From assembly GCA_965113315.1 (NCBI GenBank), contig OZ220365.1: a stretch of DNA of 64,000 nucleotides; one strand, written 5' to 3'. Made by a program: the position numbers and the translations under genes. The notes under the pieces are model-generated. The model was given only the letters and a program-made list of their open reading frames with translations. It made no database searches and had not been told where the DNA came from. This DNA is from Podarcis vaucheri. Its lineage: Eukaryota. Shown piece after piece: positions 62,058 to 64,000 of this stretch (position 1 is the stretch's first letter; the number at the start of each line of letters is the position of its first letter).

Positions 62058-64000
62058 ACTGCTTATGTCTTGTTTCCTACCCGTGCCTTAGGAGTATGGA
62101 ATCTGCATAGCAGTTCAGAAGCTATAATGTTCCCATACTGACGTCAGTGGAGTTGAGCCAGCTATAAGGACAGAGAAATTGCCTGCAGAAAGAGACAGTC
62201 TGATCACATGTTCACTGTGATGCATGGCTGCACATGCAGCCACACTATAGCAACCTATACAGCCATCTTACATTTTTGTAAACCACTTGGAAGCTTTATT
62301 ATATAGTTATATATAGACATTGCGAAATAAGTATTATATTGGCACTGATAGATATTAAGGCAATGGGCTAAGTAGGAAAATATTAGGAAATATATTTAGT
62401 TAAGGACACTTATGGTTATTAAGGCTATAATCTGAATTGTTGAGGTTTTAGCTTTTCCTGATAAGCCAAACTTCATTGTGTCTGTTCAGCAATTTAAATG
62501 GACTATCATAGCCAGCAGTATAATAGACCTTTTCTTGAAAAGTTTTTCCATCCCGCTTCAGACTTTCAGCAAGTGCCAGTATTTCATCCTGGTTCTTTTT
62601 AGCATTGGCAAATCCTCCAAAAGATCTGTTGAGAACAAAAAAACAAAGTATTCTGTATGTGTTGAGACTACTGTTTTATGTTCTAAGTAGAACACCTGTG
62701 TACGTGATAGACAAATGTAGGCAAGCCACATGGAATCAACACTCATAAACCAGTATTAGTAAATTTTTCTACCTACGATGGTCCAAATCAGTGATTTCAT
62801 TTATATGTAACTAAATTTATGTTGAGGAAACAGGGATCCTTTCCATTTCATTGCAGAGGGATTCAAAGATTCTTGCTCTGCAACATTCTCGTGTATACAT
62901 TTTGAAAGCTGCTGTGTGGCAACTGCTCAATCTCCTTCCACAGGCAAGGACAGCAGTAACTTATATGGCCTGCATTGTGGGAACATGGGAAACTCTACAA
63001 GCCACTTCACATGCATGGCTAGATCCTGTGACAATGCCACTGAGCTTGAGTTTGGGCAGTAATTTCTTGGACACAATGTTTGTGTGAACCAGCGTAGCTA
63101 ACATGGAAGCTGTCTACACAGCAGGTTATGATTTTAATAACTAGTGTCTCAAAAAAATCACTGCAGTTCTTTTGCAACCTGGGCCAGGATGGAGTACCGA
63201 CATGAAGGCACCAGTTCATTCATATATATATTATGAATTTGTGGAGACAAAACCACCCATCACAGTGCCTCCTCATAATGCAGACATCGATTTCCAAGGT
63301 TTTTGTAGAGCCTCTCAGTATATATAAAACAGCTTTTAATGTCACAGACACTACATATGTGAGCAAGAACATGCAGGCCCCAGTTTTGAGCTCACTTTTA
63401 AGGGAAAGAAGAAACGAGAAGGCACTGGAGAAAGCTCTTGTTTACACAAATACATTTCACCAGGACTGTGTGGCTCGCCTGAAGGCAGTTTGGATTTTTA
63501 CAGCTCCACAAAGCAGTAAGAACTGTAGCAGAAATATTAATGGGGAAAAATGGCTCATCTTCCCTATTAAAGCCTCCAAGAAGGTTTATTGAACTTCTAA
63601 TTTCAGCAGTTTTTCTTTCCAGTTTCTTCCACCTCCCATATATGCACCTTCATGAAACACATAAAACCTTGACAAAATACAGTTACCACAAGGTGGCAGT
63701 CAAAGTTAGAAGACATTTTCCAAGATAAATTACAAAAATGGTGTTGGCCACACGGAGGTAGTCTTGGGGTTGATGGTTCAGCCATCATGGCCAATGGCTA
63801 GGGAAAGTGGGAGCTGTAGTTCTCCACACCTGGTGCAGGTTACAGACACACATGCTTACCTGACAAACACAGTAATTGCTGGCCTCGTTTCTATGAAGAC
63901 ATCTGCCTCTGATGGCTTAGGTGGATTTGCCTGGTGTTGAGGTGGCACGTAAAAAGAAACGGTTGTTGTGGACTCACAGAACGGGCCAGCACCTGGCTGC

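Noticed and set aside
59800-64000. Exons of a downstream neighbour gene (HEBP2 is nearby in mammals as I recall), including ORF 63233..63592
   Set aside because: No recognisable protein similarity or convincing splice structure on either strand.

Overview
Vertebrate genomic DNA, AT-rich and CpG-depleted. The repeats (Sauria SINE with ACCTTT tail, Bov-B/RTE tail, CR1, L2, many Tc1/mariner and hAT MITEs) point to a squamate, probably a lacertid lizard. The window holds one recognisable protein-coding gene, NHSL1 (NHS-like 1, a WAVE/Scar-complex-associated actin regulator), on the + strand. I rebuilt an 8-exon CDS by hand: 17201-17258, 20977-21129, 32902-33029, 39717-39909, 45331-45462, 50238-53609, 54125-54254, 57544-58195. 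It totals 4818 nt (1605 aa), with all GT-AG junctions in consistent phase. It starts at the internal first exon MVVFINTKLKSLIKFFKKK. Bases 1-16.7 kb are probably intron of longer isoforms whose first exons lie outside the window. The 3'UTR likely ends near 59.72 kb. The most interesting signal is a set of hidden alternative-splicing modules missing from the ORF track. (i) A 72-nt in-frame Cys-cluster cassette exon at 35608-35679. (ii) A candidate frame-switching exon at 54666-54717 that would swap the C-terminus. Both follow ~140-nt AG-free pyrimidine tracts, and both have an ACTAAC (QKI-type) motif 132 nt after the exon end. (iii) A 72-nt Cys-rich alternative 3' splice-site extension of exon 5. 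Other notable items are a perfect 36-bp intronic hairpin, a MITE filled with a Bov-B tail, and a uORF ending 1 nt before the NHSL1 start codon. All homology statements come from recalled family sequences; no database search was run.
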